A stretch of 32,000 bases of DNA from Ignicoccus pacificus DSM 13166. GTDB taxonomy: Archaea > Thermoproteota > Thermoprotei_A > Sulfolobales > Ignicoccaceae. The translations under genes and the position numbers were made by a program. Shown piece after piece: positions 1 through 7,873 of the stretch (position 1 is the first letter of the stretch; each line of letters opens with the position of its first letter). The notes under the pieces are model-generated. The model did no database searches and was not told the origin of the DNA. It saw nothing but the letters and a program-made list of their open reading frames with translations. The stretch covers positions 60,001-92,000 of the forward strand of contig CP006868.1 in assembly GCA_025340205.1 (NCBI GenBank), written 5' to 3'.

Positions 1-511
1 TCATACAGGAAAGAAGGTAGAGAGAGTGGAGAAGAACAAACTCATATTCCAGAATGGAGAAACTATGCACTATGACTTACTCATTTACGTTCCCCCGGTA
101 AGGGTTCCCAGACCAGTTGAGGGAGTGAGGGAGCTAATTGCTAATCCTAAGGTAATGAAGACTACATTCCCTGAGTTCAGAAATCCTACGTATAAAGAGA
201 TATTCCTACCAACTGACGGAGCCCTCCCCTCGATAGGACTCCCCATAGCCGGCATATTCATGCACGCAGCAGCGGTAGCGGCCGCCGACTCGCTCATAGC
301 AGAGCTAACCGGAGTTAGGGCGACCGTTCCCTATCCCCAGCAAATAGTGGCAGTAACGGACTTCGGTCCTACCGGTTACCTAGTGAGTTTCGACGTTGAT
401 GACAAGGGAGATGGTACAGCTACACAGAAGATGTACGTAACTTCAATAAACCCAATGATAAAGTTTATGAAACTTTCGTTCTATCTAGGATGGATAGAAT
501 CGCTTAAGTGA
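1..511 (+). CDS. NAD(P)/FAD-dependent oxidoreductase, sulfide:quinone oxidoreductase-like; C-terminal part only, 5' end outside the window
   Basis: The reading frame is open upstream of the listed start to base 2 (HTGKKVERVEKNKLIFQNG...) and aligns with the paralogue at 16155..17330 (HVGKKTVEVKDDKIIFEDG...). Shared blocks are TGVRAT, DFGPTG and MKLSFYLGWI.SLK. Confidence 0.85.
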   Translation, partial: HTGKKVERVEKNKLIFQNGETMHYDLLIYVPPVRVPRPVEGVRELIANPKVMKTTFPEFRNPTYKEIFLPTDGALPSIGLPIAGIFMHAAAVAAADSLIAELTGVRATVPYPQQIVAVTDFGPTGYLVSFDVDDKGDGTATQKMYVTSINPMIKFMKLSFYLGWIESLK

Positions 512-522
512 GGTGAGGTAAC

Positions 523-972
523 GTGGAGAAGGCGAATCCCCTCGAGAAGATAGAGATGGAAAAGGTGGAAGAGGCAACTAAGGCGCTTGAGAGGCTATTA
601 GAGGCTCTGGCAAAGCTGAAGGAGACTGGTACCCTAGACATGCTCGTTGCCTTAGCTGAGATGTCTGAGGAGATACTGGAACTAGGACTTAACGATAGGA
701 GACTTCACCATGCTATGGCTGCTGGAGAAGGAGCATTAAATTCCTTAGAGGATGTAGATCCGATAAATCTGAAGGCGAATATCGAAGTACTCAGTGGATG
801 TACTATGAAGGCCCTAGAGAATCCAGAACTCTTGAAGAACATAAAGCCCATGGGACTATTCTCATTATTAAGTGTAGCTAAGGATCCAGACGTCGGTACT
901 GGACTGGCAGTAATGATTGCCTTGGCAAAGATGGTAGGTAAATGCATTAGGGAGCAGACAAAGAACCTTTGA
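523..972 (+). CDS. DUF1641-family protein
   Basis: Starts 11 nt after the flavoprotein stop. Contains ATKALE.LLE.LAKLKETG.LDM and DPDV..GL..MIALAKMVGKC, paralogous to 15709..16140. Confidence 0.75.
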   Translation: MEKANPLEKIEMEKVEEATKALERLLEALAKLKETGTLDMLVALAEMSEEILELGLNDRRLHHAMAAGEGALNSLEDVDPINLKANIEVLSGCTMKALENPELLKNIKPMGLFSLLSVAKDPDVGTGLAVMIALAKMVGKCIREQTKNL

Positions 973-978
973 TGAAAA

Positions 979-987
979 CTTTTAAAC
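979..987 (+). promoter_or_regulatory. Putative archaeal TATA box (CTTTTAAAC) for the tRNA
   Basis: AT-rich TATA-like element about 36-44 nt upstream of the mature tRNA 5' end. Confidence 0.55.
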
Positions 988-1022
988 CCTAGTAACGCTA
1001 GGGTGAAACGGCGGGGAGACCT

Positions 1023-1099
1023 AGCGGGGTAGGGCAGCCTGGTAGCCCGCGGGGCTCATAACCCCGAGGTCGGTGGTTCAAATCCACCCCCCGCTACCA
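1023..1099 (+). tRNA. tRNA-Met (CAT), initiator type, with encoded CCA
   Basis: Acceptor AGCGGGG/CCCCGCT, T arm GGTGG-TTCAAAT-CCACC, anticodon arm CGGGG-CTCATAA-CCCCG (anticodon 1057-1059), GC pairs next to the anticodon loop, A:U first pair typical of archaeal initiator tRNA, discriminator A and CCA 1097-1099. Confidence 0.95.
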
Positions 1100-1161
1100 C
1101 GCGGGGCCCCGCCACCAATCCTTCTAAACTTCCAGCAGTTCCCCCTCATGGTAGACTTCCC

Positions 1162-1947
1162 ATGGATCTGGGCTTGAGGGGAAAGAGGGTCCTAGTAACG
1201 GCTTCCACTAAGGGAATAGGTTACGCTGTAGCGAAGAAGATGTTGAGCGAAGGAGCTAAGGTATTCATCACATCTAGGAGCGAGGAGAACGTTAGAAGGG
1301 CGCTTGAAAGCCTCGAGGAGATAGGAGAAGTCTACGGAATTCCAGCAGACTTGACGGTTAGAGAGGATAGGGAAAGGATAGTAAAAAGTGCAAGGGAAGC
1401 CTTAGGCGGCATAGACATCTTCGTCTTTAATACGGGAGGACCCCCGCCAAAGGCCTTCTTGGATACTACTTTGGAGGAGTGGGAACACTCATACAAGCTC
1501 TTGCTCGAAAGCGCCGTTCACTTAACCAAGATGATACTTCCGGAAATGCTCGACAGGGGATGGGGGAGGATAGTCTATATAACAAGCGTAGCTATAAAAA
1601 TGCCCATAGAAGGCTTGGTCCTTTCCAATAGCATAAGATTAGGGATAGCGGGTCTAATGAAGACTATAGCCAGGGAAGTAAGCGGTAAGGAGGTAACGGT
1701 GAACGCGGTCTTGCCTGGTTATACCTTAACTGATAGAATGAAAGAAGTCTTGGAGAGTAGGGCCAAGAGAGAAGGAAAGACTTTCGAAGAGGTGGTGGAG
1801 GAGATAAGCGAGAGCATACCTCTAAGGAGGCTCGCGATGCCGGAAGAGGTAGCGAACGTAGTAGCCTTCCTGGCTTCGGAGGCGGCATCTTACGTCAACG
1901 GAGCTTTCGTTCCCGTCGACGGGGGGCTTATTCCCACGGTATTCTAA
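1162..1947 (+). CDS. Short-chain dehydrogenase/reductase (SDR) family oxidoreductase
   Basis: TASTKGIG Rossmann glycine motif, FNTGG, and C-terminal SDR signature LASEAASYVNGAFVPVDGG. The usual YxxxK is not obvious (SNSIRLGIAG in that region). Confidence 0.85.
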   Translation: MDLGLRGKRVLVTASTKGIGYAVAKKMLSEGAKVFITSRSEENVRRALESLEEIGEVYGIPADLTVREDRERIVKSAREALGGIDIFVFNTGGPPPKAFLDTTLEEWEHSYKLLLESAVHLTKMILPEMLDRGWGRIVYITSVAIKMPIEGLVLSNSIRLGIAGLMKTIAREVSGKEVTVNAVLPGYTLTDRMKEVLESRAKREGKTFEEVVEEISESIPLRRLAMPEEVANVVAFLASEAASYVNGAFVPVDGGLIPTVF

Positions 1948-2045
1948 GGATCTCACCCTTTCTTTTGCGAGATATCCCTTCCTACCCCTAGATATCAAAG
2001 GGGGAATTGCTTAGAATAAAGAACGGTCGAAGACTATTGAATAAG

Positions 2046-2366
2046 ATGATCGAAGAGTACCTGAAGAAGGTCTACGAGTACAACTCAAAGCTTCCCAAAG
2101 GCGTGACGCTAAAACCCATTCACTATGTAAGGAGCAAGGGGAAAACCTACGTCTACATAGGTAAGTACTTTTACAAGTATGAAAGAGTTAACGGGAAGCT
2201 CAAGTGGAAATACGTGGGCAAGGAGCCGCCTAAGGGGTGTCCTCCTCCCCCTCTCTTCCCCCTAGACGGCTTTTCCGCTAGGGTTGAGGGGGAGGACCTC
2301 TTAGTTAGTGAGGAAGTGTATAGGAAGTATTTGAAAGATGTTCTACAGAGGGAAACGGTTGCTTAG
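2046..2366 (+). CDS. Hypothetical protein
   Basis: ORF track gives 2007..2366; an internal ATG at 2046 (MIEEYLKKVYEYNSK...) is an alternative start. Lysine/tyrosine-rich, no family recognised. Confidence 0.55.
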   Translation: MIEEYLKKVYEYNSKLPKGVTLKPIHYVRSKGKTYVYIGKYFYKYERVNGKLKWKYVGKEPPKGCPPPPLFPLDGFSARVEGEDLLVSEEVYRKYLKDVLQRETVA

Positions 2367-2414
2367 CGTCAGAACCTTTTTTCAGTAAACCGCTAAGGCG
2401 CTAAGGGATATGGA

Positions 2415-3530
2415 GTGACGTTTGATCCCCAGAAGTTCATAGAGAAGAAAATCGAAGAGATAAAGAAGTTAGTTGGAAACGAGAAGGTTTTGGCAGCAGT
2501 AAGCGGTGGAGTGGACTCCACCACCGCAGCAGCTCTAACCTTCAAGGCTCTAGGTCCTGAGCAGATTAAGGTAATATTCATCGACACAGGATTCATGAGG
2601 GAAGGTGAGCCCCAGTGGGTAAAGGAAATACTAAAGGACGTTATGCCTGTGGAGATAGTTGATGTAAAGGAGGAGTTCTACAAACGTTTGATGGGACTTT
2701 CTGATGCGGAGGAAAAGAGGAAGGTCTTTAGAGAACTATTCTATAATGTGGTTTCCAGGGAAGCTAAGAAGTGGGGCGCTACTTGGTTAGTTCAGGGAAC
2801 TACTGCCCCCGACTGGATTGAGACTACCGGCGGAATAAAGACTCAGCACAACGTGCTTGAGCAGTTGGGAATAAACGTCAGGGAGAAATGGGGCTTCAAG
2901 CTCTTGGAGCCCTTAGTGGAGCTGTACAAGGATGAAGTAAGGGCGGTGGCTAGGGCCCTAGGCCTCCCAGAGGAGATAGCCTCCAGACAGCCCTTCCCAG
3001 GTCCCGGACTACTAGTGAGAGTCGTCGGAAAGGTAACCATGGAGAAGCTAGAGGTGGTCAGGAAGGCCACTAAGATAGCCGAAGAGGGGCTTAAGGAACT
3101 GAAGCCTAGCCAGTACTTCGCTGCTGTTTGGGAAGATGAACTTGGCGAAAAGATCATGGAAGAGCCGGAGGTCTACCTCTACAAGGGCGTTAGGGCTACT
3201 GGGGTAAAGGGTGACTTGAGGGCCTACGGTCCCATAGCCCTCGTCAAGAACGTCGAATGGAATAAGGTCTATGATGTCTGGAAGGATGTGATACATAGGA
3301 ACAACGAGGTGACCCACGTCGTAAGCGAGTTGGTTGAGGAAGGAGAAGGTAAGTACACCGTCTCCATCAGAGCGGTGGTGACGGAGAACTTCATGACGGC
3401 CGATGTACTTAGAGTAGGAAAGGATAAGTTAGAGGAGATCGCCAACGAGATAATTAAGAACGTACCTCATGTGAAGAGGGTAGTCTATGACGTCACGCCT
3501 AAACCTCCAGCCACCATAGAGTACGAGTAA
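2415..3530 (+). CDS. guaAB: GMP synthase (glutamine-hydrolysing), ATP-pyrophosphatase subunit B (archaeal split form)
   Basis: SGGVDSTTAAAL PP-loop, FIDTGFMREGE, QGTTAPDWIE, RQPFPGPGL, C-terminal VTENFMTAD and KPPATIEYE. GTG start. Confidence 0.95.
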   Translation: MTFDPQKFIEKKIEEIKKLVGNEKVLAAVSGGVDSTTAAALTFKALGPEQIKVIFIDTGFMREGEPQWVKEILKDVMPVEIVDVKEEFYKRLMGLSDAEEKRKVFRELFYNVVSREAKKWGATWLVQGTTAPDWIETTGGIKTQHNVLEQLGINVREKWGFKLLEPLVELYKDEVRAVARALGLPEEIASRQPFPGPGLLVRVVGKVTMEKLEVVRKATKIAEEGLKELKPSQYFAAVWEDELGEKIMEEPEVYLYKGVRATGVKGDLRAYGPIALVKNVEWNKVYDVWKDVIHRNNEVTHVVSELVEEGEGKYTVSIRAVVTENFMTADVLRVGKDKLEEIANEIIKNVPHVKRVVYDVTPKPPATIEYE

Positions 3531-3579
3531 CCGAGCTCTACTTTTTAGGAGAGCGTAGAATCTACCTTGGAAGAATAAC

Positions 3580-4935
3580 ATGACAGCCTCAAACGAGAAG
3601 AAGCTAGGTTTGATTCAGCTGACGGCTCTGGGAGTAGGAATAATAATAGGTGCCAGCATATTCTCATTAATAGGAGTTGGAGCACAGATAGCGAAGCATA
3701 ACTTGCCAGAAGCGTTCGCCCTTTCATCCCTCTTCGCGTTCACAGTGGCCTACTCTTATGCCAAGCTCGGAACGATATACGTCTCCAACGCCGGTCCTAT
3801 AGAATACGTCATGAGAGCCTTTGGAGATAACGTCTTTGTAGGATTTCTCGCTTTCATCTATTGGTTTAGCTTCGTTATATCGATATCGCTATTCGCCAAT
3901 TCATTTGCTGGTTACTTCTTGGGGTTCTTAGGCCTGGTTAACAACACGTTACTCTTCTATATTGTAGAGATATTGGTAGTTATAGCCTTTGTCCTACTGA
4001 ACTTCAAGGGATCCAAAGCAGTAGGCGATGCGGAGACTTTGTTAGTGGCGATAAAGCTAGGTATATTAGGCATCTTCGTAATTGGTGGAGCTATGTTCAT
4101 TAAGCCTCAGAACTTAACCCCCGACTTCAGCGCAGCTGGAATATACGGAATGATAGTTGCTGCTTCGATGTACTTGCTAAGCTACGCTGGCTTCGGAACA
4201 ATAACTAACGCTTCGGAGAACGCGGAGAATCCGAGGAGGACAGTGCCTTTGGCGATATACTTAAGTCTGTTGATAGCAACCATAGTCTACGTCTCCGTAT
4301 CTATAGTGGCTATAGGAGCGGTACCTCTAAAGGATTTGATCAAGGCGAAGGAATACGCCTTAGCGGAAGCAGCCAAACCCTTCCTAGGTGAGTTCGGATT
4401 TACGCTAATTACCATAGGCGCCCTCATCTCAATATCCTCTGCCCTAAATTCAGCCCTCTACGGAGGTGCGAACGTTGCCTATGCTCTTGCTAAGAAGGGA
4501 GAGCTTCCAAGGATATTCGACAGAAGGGTGTGGTTCTCTGAACCAGAAGGACTCTACATAACCGCTGGTCTTGGTATGTTCTTAGCTGTGTTCTTAAACC
4601 TATCTGGAATAGCAGAGGTAACTACCATCTCATTCCTAACGATTTACCTCGCGGTAGCCATAGCACACTGGAAACTCAAGCATATAACGAAAGGGAATCC
4701 AACGATAATAATACTGTCTGTGATATTCATAGTGTTCGCTGGCGGTATGATAATGTACTACAGCTTCCATCAGAATCCTAGGGCGTTCTATACAACCTTA
4801 GTAGCTCTAATAGGCTTCTTCTTGTTTGAATTAACTTACAGAGGAGTAACCAGAAGAGAGATGAAGATAAGGAACGTCTGGTACGAGATAAGAGGCGAGG
4901 CGCCGCCAGAAGACTTGGTATCTAAAAAACAATGA
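3580..4935 (+). CDS. APC-superfamily amino acid permease
   Basis: Many hydrophobic segments; N-terminal LTALGVGIIIGASIFSLIG and TAGLGM.; paralogous in style to the permease at 11814..13166. Confidence 0.85.
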   Translation: MTASNEKKLGLIQLTALGVGIIIGASIFSLIGVGAQIAKHNLPEAFALSSLFAFTVAYSYAKLGTIYVSNAGPIEYVMRAFGDNVFVGFLAFIYWFSFVISISLFANSFAGYFLGFLGLVNNTLLFYIVEILVVIAFVLLNFKGSKAVGDAETLLVAIKLGILGIFVIGGAMFIKPQNLTPDFSAAGIYGMIVAASMYLLSYAGFGTITNASENAENPRRTVPLAIYLSLLIATIVYVSVSIVAIGAVPLKDLIKAKEYALAEAAKPFLGEFGFTLITIGALISISSALNSALYGGANVAYALAKKGELPRIFDRRVWFSEPEGLYITAGLGMFLAVFLNLSGIAEVTTISFLTIYLAVAIAHWKLKHITKGNPTIIILSVIFIVFAGGMIMYYSFHQNPRAFYTTLVALIGFFLFELTYRGVTRREMKIRNVWYEIRGEAPPEDLVSKKQ

Positions 4936-5473
4936 TTTTAACTTTATCACCGTTTTTCAAAGACAATTCCTTTCTTAAATTAACAGGAGCTATTACTTCA
5001 ACTATTTCCGGTGGATGGTGAGTTTTCAGGGGAACGACTATGGCGGCTGGCCAGAAGTCGTTGATCTTCGCCGGGTATGTGAGCACCTCACCAAATCTGC
5101 GCCCGTTCTCTTCGAACCCCTTTAGGGTAATCGGTCTCTTGAAGTACATCAATAACCTCCTCTCCGCGCTCTCCGGGTCCAATAGCACGTTGAGCGTTCC
5201 AGGGTAAGGGCTGAACCCCATCTTCTCCTCTATTTGCTTCCGGTAACCCTCTAGGGAGAGGAAGTACTTGCCCTCCCCCTCTCCCGAAACTACCGTCCCA
5301 GCGAGGGTCAGCTTCTCCGAAATTAGCGCTCGGAGCAGTTCCTCTCCCTTGGTAGTTATTCGACCATCCTCTACCAGCCCAAGAAGTTCCAACTCCTTGA
5401 GCTTCTTCCTCAATACCTCCTCTGCCTTTCCCGATGAAGCCAACACTAGCGTTGCCATTACCAATGGATCCAT
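4922..5473 (-). CDS. ribK: CTP-dependent riboflavin kinase, winged-helix N-terminus plus DUF120 domain
   Basis: GTVVSGEGEGKYFLSLEGY..QI....GFSPYPGTLNVLLD and LR..L.LKNGDKVKI. SD-like GGAGGGG upstream of the ATG. Confidence 0.9.
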   Translation of the reverse strand: MDPLVMATLVLASSGKAEEVLRKKLKELELLGLVEDGRITTKGEELLRALISEKLTLAGTVVSGEGEGKYFLSLEGYRKQIEEKMGFSPYPGTLNVLLDPESAERRLLMYFKRPITLKGFEENGRRFGEVLTYPAKINDFWPAAIVVPLKTHHPPEIVEVIAPVNLRKELSLKNGDKVKIIVF

Positions 5474-5578
5474 CTCTCATGCCCCTCCCATAATGACCTT
5501 GGTGAGGTGTTGTCGGCACATTATAGCTTTCAAAACTTATTACATTCGATTGTTGCATAGAATGTGGAGAGTGGAAGT

Positions 5579-5779
5579 ATGGATCCGGCGGTAATCGCTG
5601 CTGGGCTGGTGTTCTTTGTGGTCCTGTGGCTGCTGCTGTACTCTCCGGTGTCTTCGCTGCTAAAGATGGTGGTGAACGTGCTGACGGATCCAATAGTCTC
5701 GATGATAGCTGCTGTGGCGGGGTTTGCTGCTGCGTACTACGTGGTAGTATATGTCCTTGGTCTAAGCTTGATCGCGTAA
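5579..5779 (+). CDS. Small membrane protein (about 66 aa from ATG 5579; track start is GTG 5564)
   Basis: Two hydrophobic segments (VIAAGLVFFVVLWLLLY; IVSMIAAVAGFAAAYYVVVYVLGL); GTGGAG upstream of the ATG. Antisense to the extended XerA ORF. Confidence 0.6.
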   Translation: MDPAVIAAGLVFFVVLWLLLYSPVSSLLKMVVNVLTDPIVSMIAAVAGFAAAYYVVVYVLGLSLIA

Positions 5780-5795
5780 AGGGAGGTGGTGGGTG

Positions 5796-5960
5796 ATGGT
5801 CATAGCCATTAACCCCGTAGCTCTGATAGTATTCGTCATCGTGTATGTACTCACCTACGCCATTGTTAAGAACGCCTTGCAAAGCATTGTCGTGCCACTG
5901 TTGATAGCCGGCGCTGCCGCCTACTACACCTACCTGTTCTTGCTGAGCATGGGGATATGA
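5796..5960 (+). CDS. Small membrane protein, 54 aa, not in the supplied ORF track
   Basis: Translates as MVIAINPVALIVFVIVYVLTYAIVKNALQSIVVPLLIAGAAAYYTYLFLLSMGI*. SD-like GGAGGTG at 5782-5788. AAAYY resembles the upstream small ORF. Confidence 0.6.
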   Translation: MVIAINPVALIVFVIVYVLTYAIVKNALQSIVVPLLIAGAAAYYTYLFLLSMGI

Positions 5961-6818
5961 GAAAGCCTTGAAGTACTGCTGCCCAACGTCATCAACTAGT
6001 AGATGTAAGTAAATCTGAGTTGTTTTTATATCGCTGTGTCCCAGGAGCCTCTGTACGGCCGGTAAACTCATGCCTCTCCTCAAGGCCTCCGTAGCGAAGG
6101 TATGCCTCAGAACGTGTGGGTGAACCCTGTCTTCCGGAATCCCGGCCCTCTTGGCTAACCTCTTGAGCCTCTTGTAGACAGCTTGATATGATATGGGTAT
6201 GAGCTTTCCGGTGCTAACGATATCGTTCCATGCTCTTCTTATAGCCTCTTCGGTAAGGGGGCCGAAGAACACTATTCTTTCTTTCCCATACTTACCTCTA
6301 ACCCTTATCGCTCTTCTGTTGAAGTCTATGTCTCTCAAGGTAATGCCCAATGCTTCCGAAACTCGGACGCCCGTTTCTAATAACAACGCTAGTATCAAGA
6401 AGTCCAAGGGATCCCGACAGGCCCTTATGAGAGCCTCCACCTCTTCTCTACGAAGAGCTTCTACGACATCTCTCCTAGGCTTGGGCACTACGGGAAGGCC
6501 CTCTAGGCCCAGCCATTCTAAGAAGTTCTTCACAAACAGACTGTAGTAATGTAAAGTGGTTTGTTGAGCCTTCTTGTCCTTTTTCTTACTTTTTTCGAAA
6601 CCCATCCTCATTCTGTACCTTACCCATCTCGCATAGTGCTCGTACTTGACCTCCTTTACCTTTATGTCGCCAATAACTTTAATGAAGTCTTGAATAGCAG
6701 CCCTATAGCTCTTCAAAGTCTTCTCGTTTGCTCCAGAAGTCTCCATGAACATCATGAACGTTTCCAGCGCTTCGCTGAGCTTCCACTCTGGATTGGGTTT
6801 GATCGTAGGTCGGCGCAC
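5960..6818 (-). CDS. xerA: XerA-like tyrosine recombinase. Only the recognisable domain is bracketed; the open frame continues to 5088 (576 aa)
   Basis: TGVRVSEALGIT (Arg152), HPHVLRHTFAT (H235/R238/H239), LLGHSDIKTTQIYLH (H261, catalytic Tyr270 codon at 6011..6009). Everything recognisable is in residues 1 to about 290. Confidence 0.85.
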
Positions 6819-6891
6819 GTATTTACCCAGTTTTACTATAGTAATTCAACGTATCTAAATCCCCCAAAGTTGGAAATACCGGAGTGTAGCA

Positions 6892-7356
6892 ATGGATTAT
6901 CTAGCGATAGGCTTGGTTTTAGCACTAATATATTTGCTCTTGGCAGTGGCCGACTACTATAGCACAACTCTCGTTCTTAGTAGCGGGAAGGGAAGAGAGG
7001 CAAACCCCTTAATGAATAGTCTGATTAAGAAATATGGTATGGAAGCAACTCTGTGGGTGCAAGTTCTATCATGGCTATTCATGGCGTCAATGATTGTATT
7101 GTACCCTACTGAAGAGACGATAGTCGGAACAGTTATAGTCCTTCTCTTAAAGGCGCTAGTGGTAACCAATAACGTCGTGAACGCTGAGGTGGTGTGGAGC
7201 CATGCTAATCAAGGTAAAGGGGTTCAGGGTGGGGGACAGAATAATAGTAAGGCCCCAGGAAGTATCGCTGAACCCCGGCCTGAACTGCTTGTTAGGTCCC
7301 TCGGGTCTGGGAAAGACCACCTTCCTCAGATCCCTCTTGCAAGCTTATCGAGATGA
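6892..7356 (+). CDS. Small multi-TM membrane protein with a hydrophilic tail
   Basis: LAIGLVLALIYLLLAVADYYSTTLVL...REANPLMN..., with TM segments up to about VVWSH; the last ~52 codons overlap the ABC ATPase in another frame. Confidence 0.65.
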   Translation: MDYLAIGLVLALIYLLLAVADYYSTTLVLSSGKGREANPLMNSLIKKYGMEATLWVQVLSWLFMASMIVLYPTEETIVGTVIVLLLKALVVTNNVVNAEVVWSHANQGKGVQGGGQNNSKAPGSIAEPRPELLVRSLGSGKDHLPQIPLASLSR

Positions 7357-7831
7357 AACGTCGTTTATACCTCAAGAACTCAACTTACCCCCTTATGCAA
7401 CCCCTCGAGACATAGCTCATCACATATCGAAGATCAATAGGTGTACAACTAGACACAATTACATGTTGAAGTTCATGCAATACGTTAAGATCTTAGGAGT
7501 TGAGAACTTGTTGGATACCAGAATAGTAAAGTTGAGCTCAGGCGAAAAGGAGAGGATAGCCGTCAGTACAGTGTTGGCGAGAGGATGTAAGCTCCTCCTA
7601 GCTGATGAGCCCGGTAAGCACTTAGATCCGTTAAACTTGTTCAGAGTGATAGAACTTATCAAACACGAAGCTGATTATGCCCTGATTACTTTACATAATC
7701 CCTTGCCCTTGGCACTCTGCGATCGATTCTATACCTTGGTCGAGGGGGTATTCCGGGAGACCACTCCAAAAGAGGCATTAGGATTGGAACTCTATCCCGA
7801 GGACAACTGCTTGAGAACCTGTTTGGGCTAA
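7202..7831 (+). CDS. ABC-type ATPase (ATP-binding protein)
   Basis: Walker A LLGPSGLGKTTFLR, signature-like LSSGEKERIA, Walker B KLLLADEPGKHLD, ALITLHNP switch region. SD-like GAGGTGGTG upstream of the ATG. Confidence 0.85.
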   Translation: MLIKVKGFRVGDRIIVRPQEVSLNPGLNCLLGPSGLGKTTFLRSLLQAYRDETSFIPQELNLPPYATPRDIAHHISKINRCTTRHNYMLKFMQYVKILGVENLLDTRIVKLSSGEKERIAVSTVLARGCKLLLADEPGKHLDPLNLFRVIELIKHEADYALITLHNPLPLALCDRFYTLVEGVFRETTPKEALGLELYPEDNCLRTCLG

Positions 7832-7873
7832 AACAAACTTATATCATTGTAGAAAGTATTACGGAATGTAATT

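Noticed and set aside
1101-1112. The post-tRNA palindrome as a classical hairpin terminator
   Set aside because: With zero loop it cannot fold fully and it is not followed by a T-run; archaeal termination generally relies on T-rich tracts. I kept it only as part of the repeat observation.
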